This document shows, in pieces, positions 1 to 11,490 of a stretch of 64,000 bases of DNA. The notes below the pieces were generated by a model. That model did no database searches and had not been told where the DNA came from. It saw only the letters and a list, made by a program, of their open reading frames with translations. Source of the DNA: Fimbriimonadia bacterium (GTDB taxonomy: Bacteria > Armatimonadota > Fimbriimonadia > Fimbriimonadales > JABRVX01); the NCBI GenBank assembly GCA_041483895.1, contig JBGPGO010000009.1, positions 64,001-128,000 on the forward strand, written 5' to 3'. The position numbers and the translations under genes are program-made. The first letter of the stretch is position 1. Every line of letters starts with the position of its first letter.

Positions 1-48
1 AATTTCGACAAGATAACGAAGAGGAGAGGTATCTGAAACAATGATCAC
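1..48 (-). CDS. DUF3368-type PIN-domain protein, N-terminus only (runs off window edge)
   Basis: Reverse strand reads GTG-IIVSDTSPLRYLVEI, a typical PIN/DUF3368 start; GTGA overlap with the stop of the upstream UPF0175 gene. Confidence 0.7.
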   Translation of the reverse strand, partial: MIIVSDTSPLRYLVEI

Positions 49-323
49 CGATCGATCAATTCCTCATAACTCTTGCGATCTTGTTCGAGCATCTCCGGCG
101 TGTATTCCTCGATTAGGCCGGAACGCGCAAAGAATTCGTCGCGATCGAGTTCGCCGTCAATACCCAATAGCTCGGCAGCCTTTCGCCGAGAAATCAGGCC
201 TTCCCGCACGGCTTCGATGACCAATGCTTCAGAGGCCCACTGAGGCAAATTGGCTTCTCCCCGCTGCTTTGCAATCAGTTTGCGGAATTCTTCTGGAACC
301 TCGACAGGAATAACGGTATTCAT
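45..323 (-). CDS. UPF0175 family protein, putative antitoxin
   Basis: 92 aa from ATG 323; EGLISRRKAAELLG helix-turn-helix-like motif; coupled to the PIN gene. Confidence 0.75.
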   Translation of the reverse strand: MNTVIPVEVPEEFRKLIAKQRGEANLPQWASEALVIEAVREGLISRRKAAELLGIDGELDRDEFFARSGLIEEYTPEMLEQDRKSYEELIDR

Positions 324-348
324 GGCTTCTTCAATCGACCACAGTGTA

Positions 349-1521
<1,173 letters not shown>

Positions 1522-1571
1522 AGTCTACCAGCCCAATCCGTCCTCAGTTCTGAAGCCAGGCAACAATTGCG

Positions 1572-1600
1572 GGAACTTGTTTCAATGCCTGCCGGTCATA
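1572..1600 (+). promoter_or_regulatory. Candidate ECF-sigma promoter
   Basis: GGAACTT-N16-GTCATA, 33 nt upstream of ATG 1634. Confidence 0.4.
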
Positions 1601-1633
1601 TTCAATACATAAAATTTCATTTTTGGGGGCATC

Positions 1634-3586
1634 ATGCGAACGAATGGATTATCACGCACCCTGATCCAGTCGGCAATCGTCGCCGTCGCCATGACGGCGT
1701 TCCAGGCGTCTGGCCAGAGAGCCGATTACCAATCCGAAACTGCCACGTTACGCGTTCCGTTCCTATTGGATACAACCGAAGCCATGCTCGCGAGGGACCG
1801 TCTCATGCCGCCTCCGAATGGCATCCAGGTGATTCGGAACATTTTCCAAATCACGGAGGACGAGCGCGAGGGTAAGGACGGAGGAAAGAATCCGTTCCAG
1901 GAAATCATCCCCGGCAAATATTTTCCGGGACCGAGCGAGAACGGCGGAACTCCGGGGGATCCAAATATGGCGGCCGGCCCGAACCACGTCATCGCATGCA
2001 TCAATGGTTCGATTCGATTCTATACCAAGGCCGGAGGCCTGACCTTTAGCGTGAATCCAGCGTCATTCTTCTCCGGACTCGGCGTCAGCCTCTGCTGCGA
2101 TTGCCGATGCTTCTATGATCCGGGCTCGAAGCGATTCTTTATCATGTACTTGGGGTTCGACGGCACCAACCACAGCTACTACGAGGTCGCCGTTTCGGAC
2201 GATGACAATCCTAACGGGACCTGGGCGAAATGGGTGCTGAACTCCAGCATGAACGGAACAACGCTAAGTAACTTTTGGACCGACTATCCTGGGTTTGGAT
2301 ACACTTCCGACACGCTGATATGGACCGGAAACATGTTCCCGATTTCCGGAAGCGGCAACTATGGCAAGATTCGCATTGCGGGAAAGCAGCAGTTCCTGGA
2401 CGGCTCACCCACAATAACATATACCGACTTTTGGAACTTTACAAACCCCGCCGGTGGCACAGCGTTCAGCCTCCAACCGGGAAGAACCACGGGCGCCGCG
2501 AATGTGCCCGTTGTGGTGAACGTGAGCGGCACCAATCGGGTGAATGTATTTGCCATCCAGAACCCATTGACAGCGCCCGCCCTTGTCAAGAAGTCCGTCA
2601 CTGTCTCATCGTTCGGCGGTCCAAGCGGCGGTAAGCAGCTGGGCACGACAACCAAGATCGACATGTTGGACAGTCGTGTATATGATGTCAATGTGCGCGA
2701 CAACATGATTCTCGTTACGCATAATATTTCAGGCGGCGCAGGCAGTCGCGTTCGATGGTATGAGTTGGATGGCAGCAACCTGCCGACAAGCGTTACCCTT
2801 GTGCAGCAAGGCAATATCGAGGACCCATCGTACTTCACCGGCTATGGATCGCTAAATAAGAACATGTACGGCACGATCGGTACCGGCCTCACTCGTACCA
2901 GCGCGACGGAGCACGTCGGCGTGTATTACACGGGACGCGAAGCCGGCGACGCACCGGGCACCATGAAGCCGATGACGCTCAAGCGCATCGGTGTCGCATA
3001 CAACGGCGAGAACAGCGGCGCAACCTCCCGCTGGGGCGACTACTGTGGCGGGGCTCTCGACCCGGATGATTTCACCTTCTGGGCGATCGGGATGGTGCCG
3101 GTATCCTCCGGCGCTTGGGGAACGGAAATCTACGCCTATACAATCGGAACCCCGGCGAACTTGGCCGGCAACATCCATTTGGATAGCTTTGTGGGCAGTA
3201 TCATCGGACAGGCTGCAACGCTAGAGTTTCGAAGCCCCGGAACCACCAACGTTTTGCATAGCTATCCGATTTCATTGAACGCCGGCGGTCTTTACATCAT
3301 CCCGGCGGTCGCCGTGGGAACGTTCGATCTCGCCATAAAGTTTTCGCATTGGCTCCGAACGATTCTGCCCTCGGTCACCTTCGCCCTTGGCGACAATTCG
3401 GTTGATTTCGATACCGCTAACGGTGACGCCGACGGCGACAACGTGATCGATTTGTTCGACGTCAACGCTGTTTTTGTGGTATTCGATTCGACGGACCCAT
3501 CCGGAGATCTGAATGGAGACAAAGCTGTCAATCTGGACGACCTGAATATCGCCCTAACAAGATTCGGCATGGCTGGACCGCCCTAG
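1634..3586 (+). CDS. Secreted protein with C-terminal beta-sandwich plus dockerin-like module
   Basis: Signal peptide; PGDPNMAAGPNHVI...RWGDY beta-rich domain; tail KFSHWLR...NGDADGDNVIDLFD...DLNGDKAVNLDDLN. Confidence 0.8.
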   Translation: MRTNGLSRTLIQSAIVAVAMTAFQASGQRADYQSETATLRVPFLLDTTEAMLARDRLMPPPNGIQVIRNIFQITEDEREGKDGGKNPFQEIIPGKYFPGPSENGGTPGDPNMAAGPNHVIACINGSIRFYTKAGGLTFSVNPASFFSGLGVSLCCDCRCFYDPGSKRFFIMYLGFDGTNHSYYEVAVSDDDNPNGTWAKWVLNSSMNGTTLSNFWTDYPGFGYTSDTLIWTGNMFPISGSGNYGKIRIAGKQQFLDGSPTITYTDFWNFTNPAGGTAFSLQPGRTTGAANVPVVVNVSGTNRVNVFAIQNPLTAPALVKKSVTVSSFGGPSGGKQLGTTTKIDMLDSRVYDVNVRDNMILVTHNISGGAGSRVRWYELDGSNLPTSVTLVQQGNIEDPSYFTGYGSLNKNMYGTIGTGLTRTSATEHVGVYYTGREAGDAPGTMKPMTLKRIGVAYNGENSGATSRWGDYCGGALDPDDFTFWAIGMVPVSSGAWGTEIYAYTIGTPANLAGNIHLDSFVGSIIGQAATLEFRSPGTTNVLHSYPISLNAGGLYIIPAVAVGTFDLAIKFSHWLRTILPSVTFALGDNSVDFDTANGDADGDNVIDLFDVNAVFVVFDSTDPSGDLNGDKAVNLDDLNIALTRFGMAGPP

Positions 3587-3817
3587 AGTTCAATGGCGTT
3601 TGTTAAGTCCGCATTGCGCTCATGAGAGACAATTGGGAACTATCATGAATCGAACCTCAGTCAAGCAGTCCCAGCGCAAGGGTCGGCCGGATTGACAAGC
3701 AGGTAGTTTGCTATGGAAACGGGACCGGGCCAATGGCCCAGTCCCATTCCATTTCGAGCAACATTTCCGGCCAACAGCCCGCCGCCATCGTGGAATGGAA
3801 ACTCCGGAGGTGGGCAG

Positions 3818-4990
3818 ATGCGACTGTGGATGGTGGCGGCAAGCCTGTTATTTTCAATATGCGGTATCGCGCAGGAAAAGCTCGATGACCGCGCCTACGA
3901 TTCGATCACCGCGATCGTTACGAATACAAAACTCACGGGTGATGAGGCGCAGAAGATAGTCGACGCCTTAGTAAAAGCAGCGGTAAGCGATAAAAAGATA
4001 GAGCAAGCCCTGATATTTCGCTCGAGCGCCGCCCGGCTGATCCAGCGGGCAGGCCCTAGCGGCAGCCTCCTGCTCAGCCAAATGGAGGACAAGTTTTCCG
4101 ACAGCGCTTGGAATTCATTCAAAACCCTCAATAACACCTACCGGCCGGACGGTGTGCTGCCCGCGGCCCGCTATTCCAGCATATCCGCCGGGACCGTACG
4201 GAAATGGCTCGAAACCAACGAGACGAACTACGTCTATAACTCCGGGGCCAACGCCGTCGTCAGGAAGTATTCGGAACTCCGGGAACAAGGCCGCAAGCCA
4301 AGTGAAGCCCTCACGCGGATTCTCGACGCGGAGGATCCACTCCTGGATAGCGGCCTGAAATGCCTTCTGGATCAGATGCAGTCCGTTGGCGGATGGGCGC
4401 TTACAGGATACGATAAGAATGACGCAATCAAAGATACCTATGGGTTTCTCGAGGGCTACTATGCCACCTTCCATCCCGACGCGCCCGATATCGCAGGCGT
4501 TCCGAAGGTCTGTAATCCGAAGGGTATGATATCCGTCCGACTTGTGGAAGCGATTCGCGCTGACAATTCGCACATGATGGTCCCGATCCGGCCGATCATC
4601 GACCGTGCGCGAGAAACGGTCAAGCAGCCAGACCATAAGGCTCCCTTGGGAGGCTATAACCTCAACGGCAATTGGGTCGAGAAGGGCACCACCAATCGTT
4701 ATCAAATCGTCCACGAGGGCGACCAGGTCAGCATCATTCGCGTGGAGGCGAAAGGAAAGAGTCCCGCCGGCGACGTCGTGTTCATCGCGGACCTCGGCGC
4801 CAAACTGCCATCGGGCGACTTCAAGAGCAAAGGGAAGTGTTATCCGCGCGGCGGGGAACGGAATCACTACGATACCAGCCCGGCATGGGACTGGTACCTA
4901 GGTGGGTTTACCATCGAGAACAAGGACTACGTCGTCGCGGAGTGGATCGGCGGCTATTCCGGCAGCGTTTGCCTCGTACGGGTGAAATAG
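3818..4990 (+). CDS. Hypothetical secreted protein
   Basis: GGAG RBS before ATG 3818; signal peptide MRLWMVAASLLFSICGIA; no recognised family. Confidence 0.65.
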   Translation: MRLWMVAASLLFSICGIAQEKLDDRAYDSITAIVTNTKLTGDEAQKIVDALVKAAVSDKKIEQALIFRSSAARLIQRAGPSGSLLLSQMEDKFSDSAWNSFKTLNNTYRPDGVLPAARYSSISAGTVRKWLETNETNYVYNSGANAVVRKYSELREQGRKPSEALTRILDAEDPLLDSGLKCLLDQMQSVGGWALTGYDKNDAIKDTYGFLEGYYATFHPDAPDIAGVPKVCNPKGMISVRLVEAIRADNSHMMVPIRPIIDRARETVKQPDHKAPLGGYNLNGNWVEKGTTNRYQIVHEGDQVSIIRVEAKGKSPAGDVVFIADLGAKLPSGDFKSKGKCYPRGGERNHYDTSPAWDWYLGGFTIENKDYVVAEWIGGYSGSVCLVRVK

Positions 4991-5061
4991 TCGCCCGACG
5001 TGTTCGTTTGTAGTTAGAATAAAGGGCATAGTCGGGTCGTATTTGCGTTCATAATCGGTCT

Positions 5062-6285
5062 ATGCCCAAGTTTGACCCGATCGAGTCGTTTGCCGACATG
5101 CAGCATGAATTTGGCGAGCATGGTGGTGTCAACATGTCCATCGAGGCTAGCACCACGTTCACATTTTCAGACCCGAAAATCATACCAGAGATTTTCCACG
5201 GCCACCTCGGACCCGACCAGGGCGGGTGCTACCTGTATGGCCGCCACTTCAATCCTACCGTGTACGTCCTGGGCCGTGAGCTCGCGGCGCTCGAGGGGAC
5301 GGAAAGCGCCTATTGCGCTTCGAGCGGAATGGGCGCTATCGCGGCGACCATCTTGCAGCTCTGCGACCATGGCGACCACGTGATATGCAGCCACACAGTC
5401 TATGGCGGCACGTTCGCCCTCCTGCGCGAGTTCCTCCCCGCGAAGGCCGGCTTACGGGTCAGCTTCGTCGATATCAGCAACCATGCCGAAGTGGAGGCTG
5501 AGTTCACCGGCCAAACCAAGGTGCTCTACTGTGAAACCCTTTCCAACCCCACTCTTGTGGTCCCCGACCTTCCCGAGTTGGCGGAGATCGCCCACCGTCA
5601 TGGCGCGAAGCTGGTCGTCGATAACACTTTCTGCCCGCTCATCGTTTCCCCGGCGCAACACGGCGCGGACGTGGTCCTCCATAGTCTCACCAAATTCATC
5701 AGCGGTTCTTCCGACATCATTGCCGGGGCCATCTGTTCGAGCAAGGAGTTCATTGCGGATCTGATGAGCGTGCATATGGGCGCCCTCATGCTTCTCGGAC
5801 CGACCATGGATCCGCATGTGGCATTTCAGCTCAGCCTCCGCCTGCCGCATCTCGGCATGCGGATTACAGAGCACAGCCGCCGAGCGCTGATTTTCAGCGA
5901 ACGACTTACCCAGATGGAAGTCCACGTCGTCTATCCTGGACTTCCAAGCCATCCGCAACATGCTCTGCTAAAGCGGCTCTCGAACGACCAATTCGGCTTT
6001 GGAGGCATCTTCGGCATAGACATGGGGACGTCCGACCGCGCCGACGAATTGATGCGAATCCTGCAAAACAAATACCGCTTCGGATATCTAGCCGTAAGTC
6101 TCGGCTACTTCGACACGCTGATGTCCTGCTCGGCCACGTCAACGTCCAGCGAAATGTCCGACGAAGAGCTTAGGGAGGCGGGGATTTCGCCGGGACTAGT
6201 GCGCATCTCGATTGGATACACCGGCAGCGTGGAGCAGCGCTGGTCCCAACTGCATGCCGCGTTGCGCGAACTTGGGGTCGGTTAG
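5062..6285 (+). CDS. Cys/Met metabolism PLP enzyme, methionine gamma-lyase-like
   Basis: FGEHGGVNMSIEASTTF, YLYGRHFNPT, SSGMGAI, VVDNTF, HSLTKFI (PLP Lys). Confidence 0.88.
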   Translation: MPKFDPIESFADMQHEFGEHGGVNMSIEASTTFTFSDPKIIPEIFHGHLGPDQGGCYLYGRHFNPTVYVLGRELAALEGTESAYCASSGMGAIAATILQLCDHGDHVICSHTVYGGTFALLREFLPAKAGLRVSFVDISNHAEVEAEFTGQTKVLYCETLSNPTLVVPDLPELAEIAHRHGAKLVVDNTFCPLIVSPAQHGADVVLHSLTKFISGSSDIIAGAICSSKEFIADLMSVHMGALMLLGPTMDPHVAFQLSLRLPHLGMRITEHSRRALIFSERLTQMEVHVVYPGLPSHPQHALLKRLSNDQFGFGGIFGIDMGTSDRADELMRILQNKYRFGYLAVSLGYFDTLMSCSATSTSSEMSDEELREAGISPGLVRISIGYTGSVEQRWSQLHAALRELGVG

Positions 6286-6306
6286 CGGGTAAGATACCGC
6301 GTCCAT

Positions 6307-6384
6307 CGGGGCGTAGCGCAGTTTGGTTAGCGCGCCTGCTTTGGGAGCAGGAGGCCGCCAGTTCGAATCTGGCCGCCCCGACCA
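6307..6384 (+). tRNA. tRNA-Pro(TGG)
   Basis: Cloverleaf; anticodon arm CCTGC-TT TGG GA-GCAGG; GTTCGAATC T-loop; encoded CCA. Confidence 0.97.
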
Positions 6385-6397
6385 TCCCTGGATTCGA

Positions 6398-6485
6398 TGG
6401 CGGAGAGGGTGGGATTCGAACCCACGGAGCCTCGCGACTCACCGCATTTCGAGTGCGGCGCACTAGACCACTATGCGACCTCTCC
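6398..6485 (-). tRNA. tRNA-Ser(CGA)
   Basis: Reverse strand GGAGAGG...CCGCA-CT CGA AA-TGCGG, long variable arm, GGTTCGAATCC, CCA end. Confidence 0.95.
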
Positions 6486-6488
6486 CAT

Positions 6489-6564
6489 TGGCGCCCCCGG
6501 AGGGAATCGAACCCCCGACGCCTTCCTTAGGACGGAAGCGCTCTATCCACTGAGCTACGGAGGC
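6489..6564 (-). tRNA. tRNA-Arg(CCT)
   Basis: Reverse strand GCCTCCGTAGCTCAGTGGATAGAGC, CTTCC-GT CCT AA-GGAAG, GGTTCGATTCC, CCA end. Confidence 0.95.
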
Positions 6565-6672
6565 ACTGGTGCGCACGAATCTAGCATGGGGCATCCCGAG
6601 AAGTCAACATAGCAATCGGAATGGCCCGCCTGCGAAGGATGTCGACAGAACGGGCCACCGAAAAGATCGCGT

Positions 6673-7935
6673 TCAATAACGGAACGTTACTTGAATGAAG
6701 CCGTAGTCCGAATCATGATCGTTGCCGCTGTTCAGCGCTTTGATGAGATCGCCCGGCATAAATCGGGCATAGCCGAATCGCAGCTGCCAGCTTGGATTGA
6801 ACCGGTACCAAAACTGGAGGTCGAGCTCCTTGCCGACATCCCGTCCGGAACTCCCGGTCGGATCTTGGAAAATGCCGTTCGATCCTGAATTGGCTCCGCC
6901 GTCGTTGCCGTACCATGCGTCCTTTTCGTTATCGAGTTGGAATATCTGGTAGGACACGGCGCCCACCAGTTTCTGGGTCGGATGCGCGGACAGCTCGAAG
7001 CTGACGTATCGCAAGTTGCTCAAGCCCTGAAAATCGGCGATACCATAGTAGTTATGGTTCGATGGATAGAGTTGGTCGAACGTCTTGACCTTGCTGTCGT
7101 TCGGATCCCCGCCGGACGCGAACGTCCCCTCAACCTCAAACCGGGGCGACCAGCGGCCCGTGAAGTTGTAACCCAGGTCTACACTTGCCATTGAGGCCTG
7201 AATGTCACGGCCCTGGTTCTTCCCAAACTGTGCGGCCAACTGCGCCTCCAGTTCGAAGCGGTTGGTAAATTCATGCTCGAACCGCCCGCCCAGGGTGCTC
7301 TCATCAATGTCGCCCGCCCCGCCGGATGTGTGCTTCTGGAACCAAAAGACATCGAGCATTCCGCTCTTGCGCTTCCATGACGAATAAAGGCCGAACAGGT
7401 CCGGGTGCGTCGTGTCGGCGCCGTTGACGCCCAGCGTTCCGCCGAACCCCGTTACGCTCCAGTTGCCTCTCTTATAGTCCAACCTGCCGGAGTCCCACGA
7501 ACGCGCAGTGTAGTCCCAGTCGTTCTCTCCGACCAATCGCTGATCCCCCAGCGAAATCGTCTGACGGCCGCCGGTGAAGGTGAAACCCTGATCCTTCTCG
7601 GATTGCCAGCGGAAATACGCTTGGAACAGGTCGAAGTCGTGCGTGTTATCGTTTCGCGGCTCCGACCAAAACTGGTCAAACGCCTCTTGCGGTTGAACAA
7701 AGAGCGTAATCCCCTGGCTCGGGTTGGTCATCCCGAATCCGACGCGAATCCGGCCGAACAGGTCCGAGCGGTTGTCGTCGTTTCCGGAGAAGAAATCGCG
7801 GTCGTTGGTGCCCAGGCCGCGAACGCGGGCTTCAACCGAAATCTTGGTCTCCCAGTCGGTATCTGCCGCCCAAGCGCCAAGTGAAGCGGCGACAAGCAAA
7901 GTCGCCAACGAGTACCGAACGCCATTCCTTAGCAT
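6673..7935 (-). CDS. Alginate export family outer-membrane beta-barrel
   Basis: Signal peptide; GRQTISLGDQRLVG, RSWD, ASGG...TFDQLYPSNHNYYG, GKELDL; C-terminal aromatic residue. Confidence 0.8.
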   Translation of the reverse strand: MLRNGVRYSLATLLVAASLGAWAADTDWETKISVEARVRGLGTNDRDFFSGNDDNRSDLFGRIRVGFGMTNPSQGITLFVQPQEAFDQFWSEPRNDNTHDFDLFQAYFRWQSEKDQGFTFTGGRQTISLGDQRLVGENDWDYTARSWDSGRLDYKRGNWSVTGFGGTLGVNGADTTHPDLFGLYSSWKRKSGMLDVFWFQKHTSGGAGDIDESTLGGRFEHEFTNRFELEAQLAAQFGKNQGRDIQASMASVDLGYNFTGRWSPRFEVEGTFASGGDPNDSKVKTFDQLYPSNHNYYGIADFQGLSNLRYVSFELSAHPTQKLVGAVSYQIFQLDNEKDAWYGNDGGANSGSNGIFQDPTGSSGRDVGKELDLQFWYRFNPSWQLRFGYARFMPGDLIKALNSGNDHDSDYGFIQVTFRY

Positions 7936-7967
7936 ATCGTTCCTCCTTGATATGGCCTCGTAATACC

Positions 7968-10859
7968 CTATGGTACCGCAGAAACAGTCTCGCGCTTACG
8001 GCCTCGCGGTTTCGGCGAGACCTGGCGACCCTTCAACATTCGGGCAAGGTACCGGCCTGTATACGAATCTGCGGCCCTCGCCACCTCTTCGGGCGTCCCC
8101 GCCGCAATCAGCCGGCCCCCCTTCGTGCCCCCTTCCGGCCCCAGGTCCAATATCCAGTCCGCGGTCTTGATCACGTCCAAATTGTGTTCGATGACCAAAA
8201 CCGTGTTCCCTTGGTCTACCAGGCGGTGCAGCACGCCCAGCAGCTTGCTCACGTCCTCGAAGTGCAACCCCGTCGTCGGCTCGTCCAGGATGTATATCGT
8301 TCGGCCTGTGCTTCGCTTGGAAAGATGGTCGGCCAGCTTGATCCGCTGCGCCTCTCCGCCGGACAGGGTGGTCGCCGGCTGGCCGAGGCGAATGTATCCC
8401 AAGCCGACGTCTTTCAACGTTTCCATCTTTCGCTTGAGCGGCGGGACCGGCCCGAAGAATTCCAACGCCTCTTCGACCGTCATGTCCAGCACCTCCGCGA
8501 TCGATTTCGACTTGTACTTCACCTCCAACGTCTCGCGGTTGTACCGTTTGCCCTTGCACACTTCGCATGGCACGTACACGTCGGGCAGGAAGTGCATCTC
8601 GATCTTGATAATCCCGTCGCCTTGGCAGGCCTCGCATCGGCCACCCTTGACATTGAAGCTGAACCGGCCGGGCTTGTATCCGCGCACTCGCGAGTCGGTC
8701 GTGCGGGAATATAGGTCGCGGATCATATTGAACGCTCCGGTGTAGGTCGCCGGGTTGCTGCGCGGCGTCCGTCCAATGGGCGATTGGTCGATATCGACGA
8801 CCTTGTCGATGTGGTCCAGCCCCTCGATTTCCTTGTGCGCTCCCCAGACCGCGCGCGTTCCGTATACGTGGTACATCAGGCGCGGGAACAAGGTCTCCTG
8901 CACCAACGTCGACTTCCCGCTTCCCGAAACGCCGGTCACGCAAATAAAGACGCCCAGCGGGAAATCCGCGTCCACATGCTGCAGGTTGTTGGCTGTGGCG
9001 TCTCTCACACGTATCCATTTATCGTTCGGTTCCTTCCGCGTCTCCGGAATTGGTACCGACCGGTCGCCGCGCAGATAAGCGCCGGTGATGCTCGCTTTGC
9101 AGTTGATCACATCATTCACGGAGCCCTGGGCCACGACATAGCCTCCATGCTCGCCGGCCCCTGGGCCCAAATCGATCACGTGGTCGGCGGTCCGAATCGT
9201 CTCCTCGTCGTGCTCAACAACGATAACCGTGTTGCCGAGATCCCGCAGGCGCTCCAAAGTTTGGATCAGCTTACGGTTGTCCCGCTGATGCAGTCCGATG
9301 GAAGGCTCATCGAGAATATACAGAACGCCCATCAGCCCGCTGCCGATCTGGGTGGCAAGCCGGATGCGCTGCGCCTCCCCGCCGGCGAGCGTTCGAGCCG
9401 TCCGGTCGAGCTGGAGATACCCGACGCCCACTGTCGCTAGAAAACTGAGCCGCTCCGAAATCTCCTTCACCAACCGTTCCGCAATGGTCAACTCCCGCTT
9501 GTTCAATAACCTGGGCAGCCGGCCGAAAAATTCCTCGGCATCGTCGACGGTCATCCGCGTGATCTGCGAAACATTCTTACCGACAATTTTGACGGCAAGC
9601 GATTCGGGCTTGAGCCGATCCCCGTGGCACGTCGGGCAGGGAAGCTCGGTCATGTACTGCTCCAAATCCTGCTTCACCCAATCGGATTCGGTGCTTTCGT
9701 ACTTCTTTTTCAGGATATTCGTGATGCCGGGAAACTCGGTCTCGAAGAACCGATTGCGGCCATACTGCTTGCCCAACCGGACCGTCACGCTGCCATCCAC
9801 GCCGTCCATCAGCGCATCCCATTGTTCCGGCAACAGGTCCCGCAATGGGGTCTTCGTGTCGAACCCCATCCGTTCCGCCACCGCCGCGAACAGCTCGGGA
9901 TACCAGGACTTTTGCTCACCGCTCTTGTGGACGAATGGGGCGAACGGCCCATCATCGAGCGCCTTCGACATCTCCGGCGCAACCAAAATCGGATCGAATT
10001 CTGCCTTGAACCCCAGGCCGGTGCAATCCGAGCACGCGCCATACGGGCTGTTGAAAGAGAAGCTCCTCGGCTCGATCTCGCCGACGCTGATATCGCAATC
10101 CGGGCAGGCAAACGACTCGGAATAGGTCCGCTCCTCGTCTCCTGGTCCCAACACAACCAGCATTCCCTTGCTCAACTTCAGTCCGGTCTCAATCGAATCC
10201 GCCAGCCGCCGCTCGATCCCCTCTTTTACGACGAGCCGGTCGATCACAGCCTCCATCGTGTGCTGCTTGTACCGGTCCATTGAGATCTCATCCGTGACCT
10301 CGTACATCTGCCCATCCACCCGGACGCGAACGAACCCCTGGCGATGGATGTCGGCCAGCACCTGCTTGTACTCCCCCTTCCGGCCCCGCACTACAGGAGC
10401 CAAGAGCTGAATCTTGCTCCCCTGCGGCAGGTCCATTATCGCGTCGGTGATCTGCTCGACGGACTGGCGAGCGATCGGCTTGCCGCAATTCGGGCAATGG
10501 GGGGTTCCGACGCGGGCAAATAGCACCCTTAGATAGTCGTAAATCTCGGTGACGGTGCCGACCGTGGAGCGTGGGTTCTTGCTGGTCCCTTTCTGGTCTA
10601 TCGAGACGGCTGGCGAAAGACCGTCGATATGGTCCACGTCGGGCTTGTCCATTTGCCCCAAAAACTGCCGGGCATAGGCCGAAAGGCTCTCCACATACCG
10701 GCGTTGACCCTCGGCATAGATGGTGTCGAATGCCAGGCTGGACTTGCCTGAGCCGGACAGGCCGGTGATGACGACCAGCCGGTCCCGAGGTATTTCAACG
10801 GTAACGTTCTTGAGATTGTGCGCCCTAGCGCCAACCACCACAATCTTGTCCTGCGACAT
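7968..10859 (-). CDS. uvrA: Excinuclease ABC subunit A
   Basis: GARAHNLKN, TGLSGSGKSSLAFDTIYAEGQRRY, two ABC ATPase domains with zinc fingers. Confidence 0.99.
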   Translation of the reverse strand: MSQDKIVVVGARAHNLKNVTVEIPRDRLVVITGLSGSGKSSLAFDTIYAEGQRRYVESLSAYARQFLGQMDKPDVDHIDGLSPAVSIDQKGTSKNPRSTVGTVTEIYDYLRVLFARVGTPHCPNCGKPIARQSVEQITDAIMDLPQGSKIQLLAPVVRGRKGEYKQVLADIHRQGFVRVRVDGQMYEVTDEISMDRYKQHTMEAVIDRLVVKEGIERRLADSIETGLKLSKGMLVVLGPGDEERTYSESFACPDCDISVGEIEPRSFSFNSPYGACSDCTGLGFKAEFDPILVAPEMSKALDDGPFAPFVHKSGEQKSWYPELFAAVAERMGFDTKTPLRDLLPEQWDALMDGVDGSVTVRLGKQYGRNRFFETEFPGITNILKKKYESTESDWVKQDLEQYMTELPCPTCHGDRLKPESLAVKIVGKNVSQITRMTVDDAEEFFGRLPRLLNKRELTIAERLVKEISERLSFLATVGVGYLQLDRTARTLAGGEAQRIRLATQIGSGLMGVLYILDEPSIGLHQRDNRKLIQTLERLRDLGNTVIVVEHDEETIRTADHVIDLGPGAGEHGGYVVAQGSVNDVINCKASITGAYLRGDRSVPIPETRKEPNDKWIRVRDATANNLQHVDADFPLGVFICVTGVSGSGKSTLVQETLFPRLMYHVYGTRAVWGAHKEIEGLDHIDKVVDIDQSPIGRTPRSNPATYTGAFNMIRDLYSRTTDSRVRGYKPGRFSFNVKGGRCEACQGDGIIKIEMHFLPDVYVPCEVCKGKRYNRETLEVKYKSKSIAEVLDMTVEEALEFFGPVPPLKRKMETLKDVGLGYIRLGQPATTLSGGEAQRIKLADHLSKRSTGRTIYILDEPTTGLHFEDVSKLLGVLHRLVDQGNTVLVIEHNLDVIKTADWILDLGPEGGTKGGRLIAAGTPEEVARAADSYTGRYLARMLKGRQVSPKPRGRKRETVSAVP

Positions 10860-10886
10860 TCGCCCTCCCTGCTTGGCAGAATCCCC

Positions 10887-10917
10887 ATTGTACCAAATAA
10901 CGTAGACGCTTGTTCAT
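10887..10917 (-). promoter_or_regulatory. uvrA promoter (extended -10) with overlapping palindromic operator
   Basis: Reverse strand ATGAAC-AAGC-GTCTAC-N6-TGGTACAAT. Confidence 0.6.
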
Positions 10918-11116
10918 TTTATTTGGCAAGCCCGCATCGGAATCGCACTTTCTCTCACGATCTGTTGACTCTTTACTTGATTTAATGCTGACAGGGTATT
11001 ATTTGCACGCTTGTCCAGAACGTTGACCGTCGATTTCCGTCGTCATCAAGGTTTAGTCCTGATCGATCGATAGACCGGCCCGAGTTCAGGATAAAGACAT
11101 ATTGAGAGAGTAATCA

Positions 11117-11407
11117 ATGAACATCTATGTAGGGAATCTGTCGTTCAATGCGACCGAAGGCGATTTGCGAGAGGCGTTTTCGCAGTACGGCGAAGTCACC
11201 TCCTGCTCTATCATCACGGACAAATTCAGCCAGCAGTCCAAAGGTTTTGGCTTTGTCGAGATGTCAAACAAGGAAGAGGCTCTGAAAGCGATCCAGGGTC
11301 TGAATGGCCAGGAGTTCGGCGGCCGAGCGCTCACCGTCAACGAAGCGCGACCGAAGGAAGATCGGGGCGGCGGCGGTGGCGGAGGCGGGCGAGACCGCCG
11401 CTGGTAA
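11117..11407 (+). CDS. RRM RNA-binding protein
   Basis: NIYVGNL (RNP2), KGFGFVEM (RNP1), Gly-rich tail. Confidence 0.95.
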   Translation: MNIYVGNLSFNATEGDLREAFSQYGEVTSCSIITDKFSQQSKGFGFVEMSNKEEALKAIQGLNGQEFGGRALTVNEARPKEDRGGGGGGGGRDRRW

Positions 11408-11490
11408 TCGCTCCTTTTTGACATACGACAGGCGGGCGCCTCGCAAGTGCCCGCCAACTGACCAAGCCTAAGAAGGAGCCAACCTAAATA

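Noticed and set aside
6307..6564. tRNA-anchored integrative element
   Set aside because: No integrase and no duplicated tRNA 3' end noticed in the window
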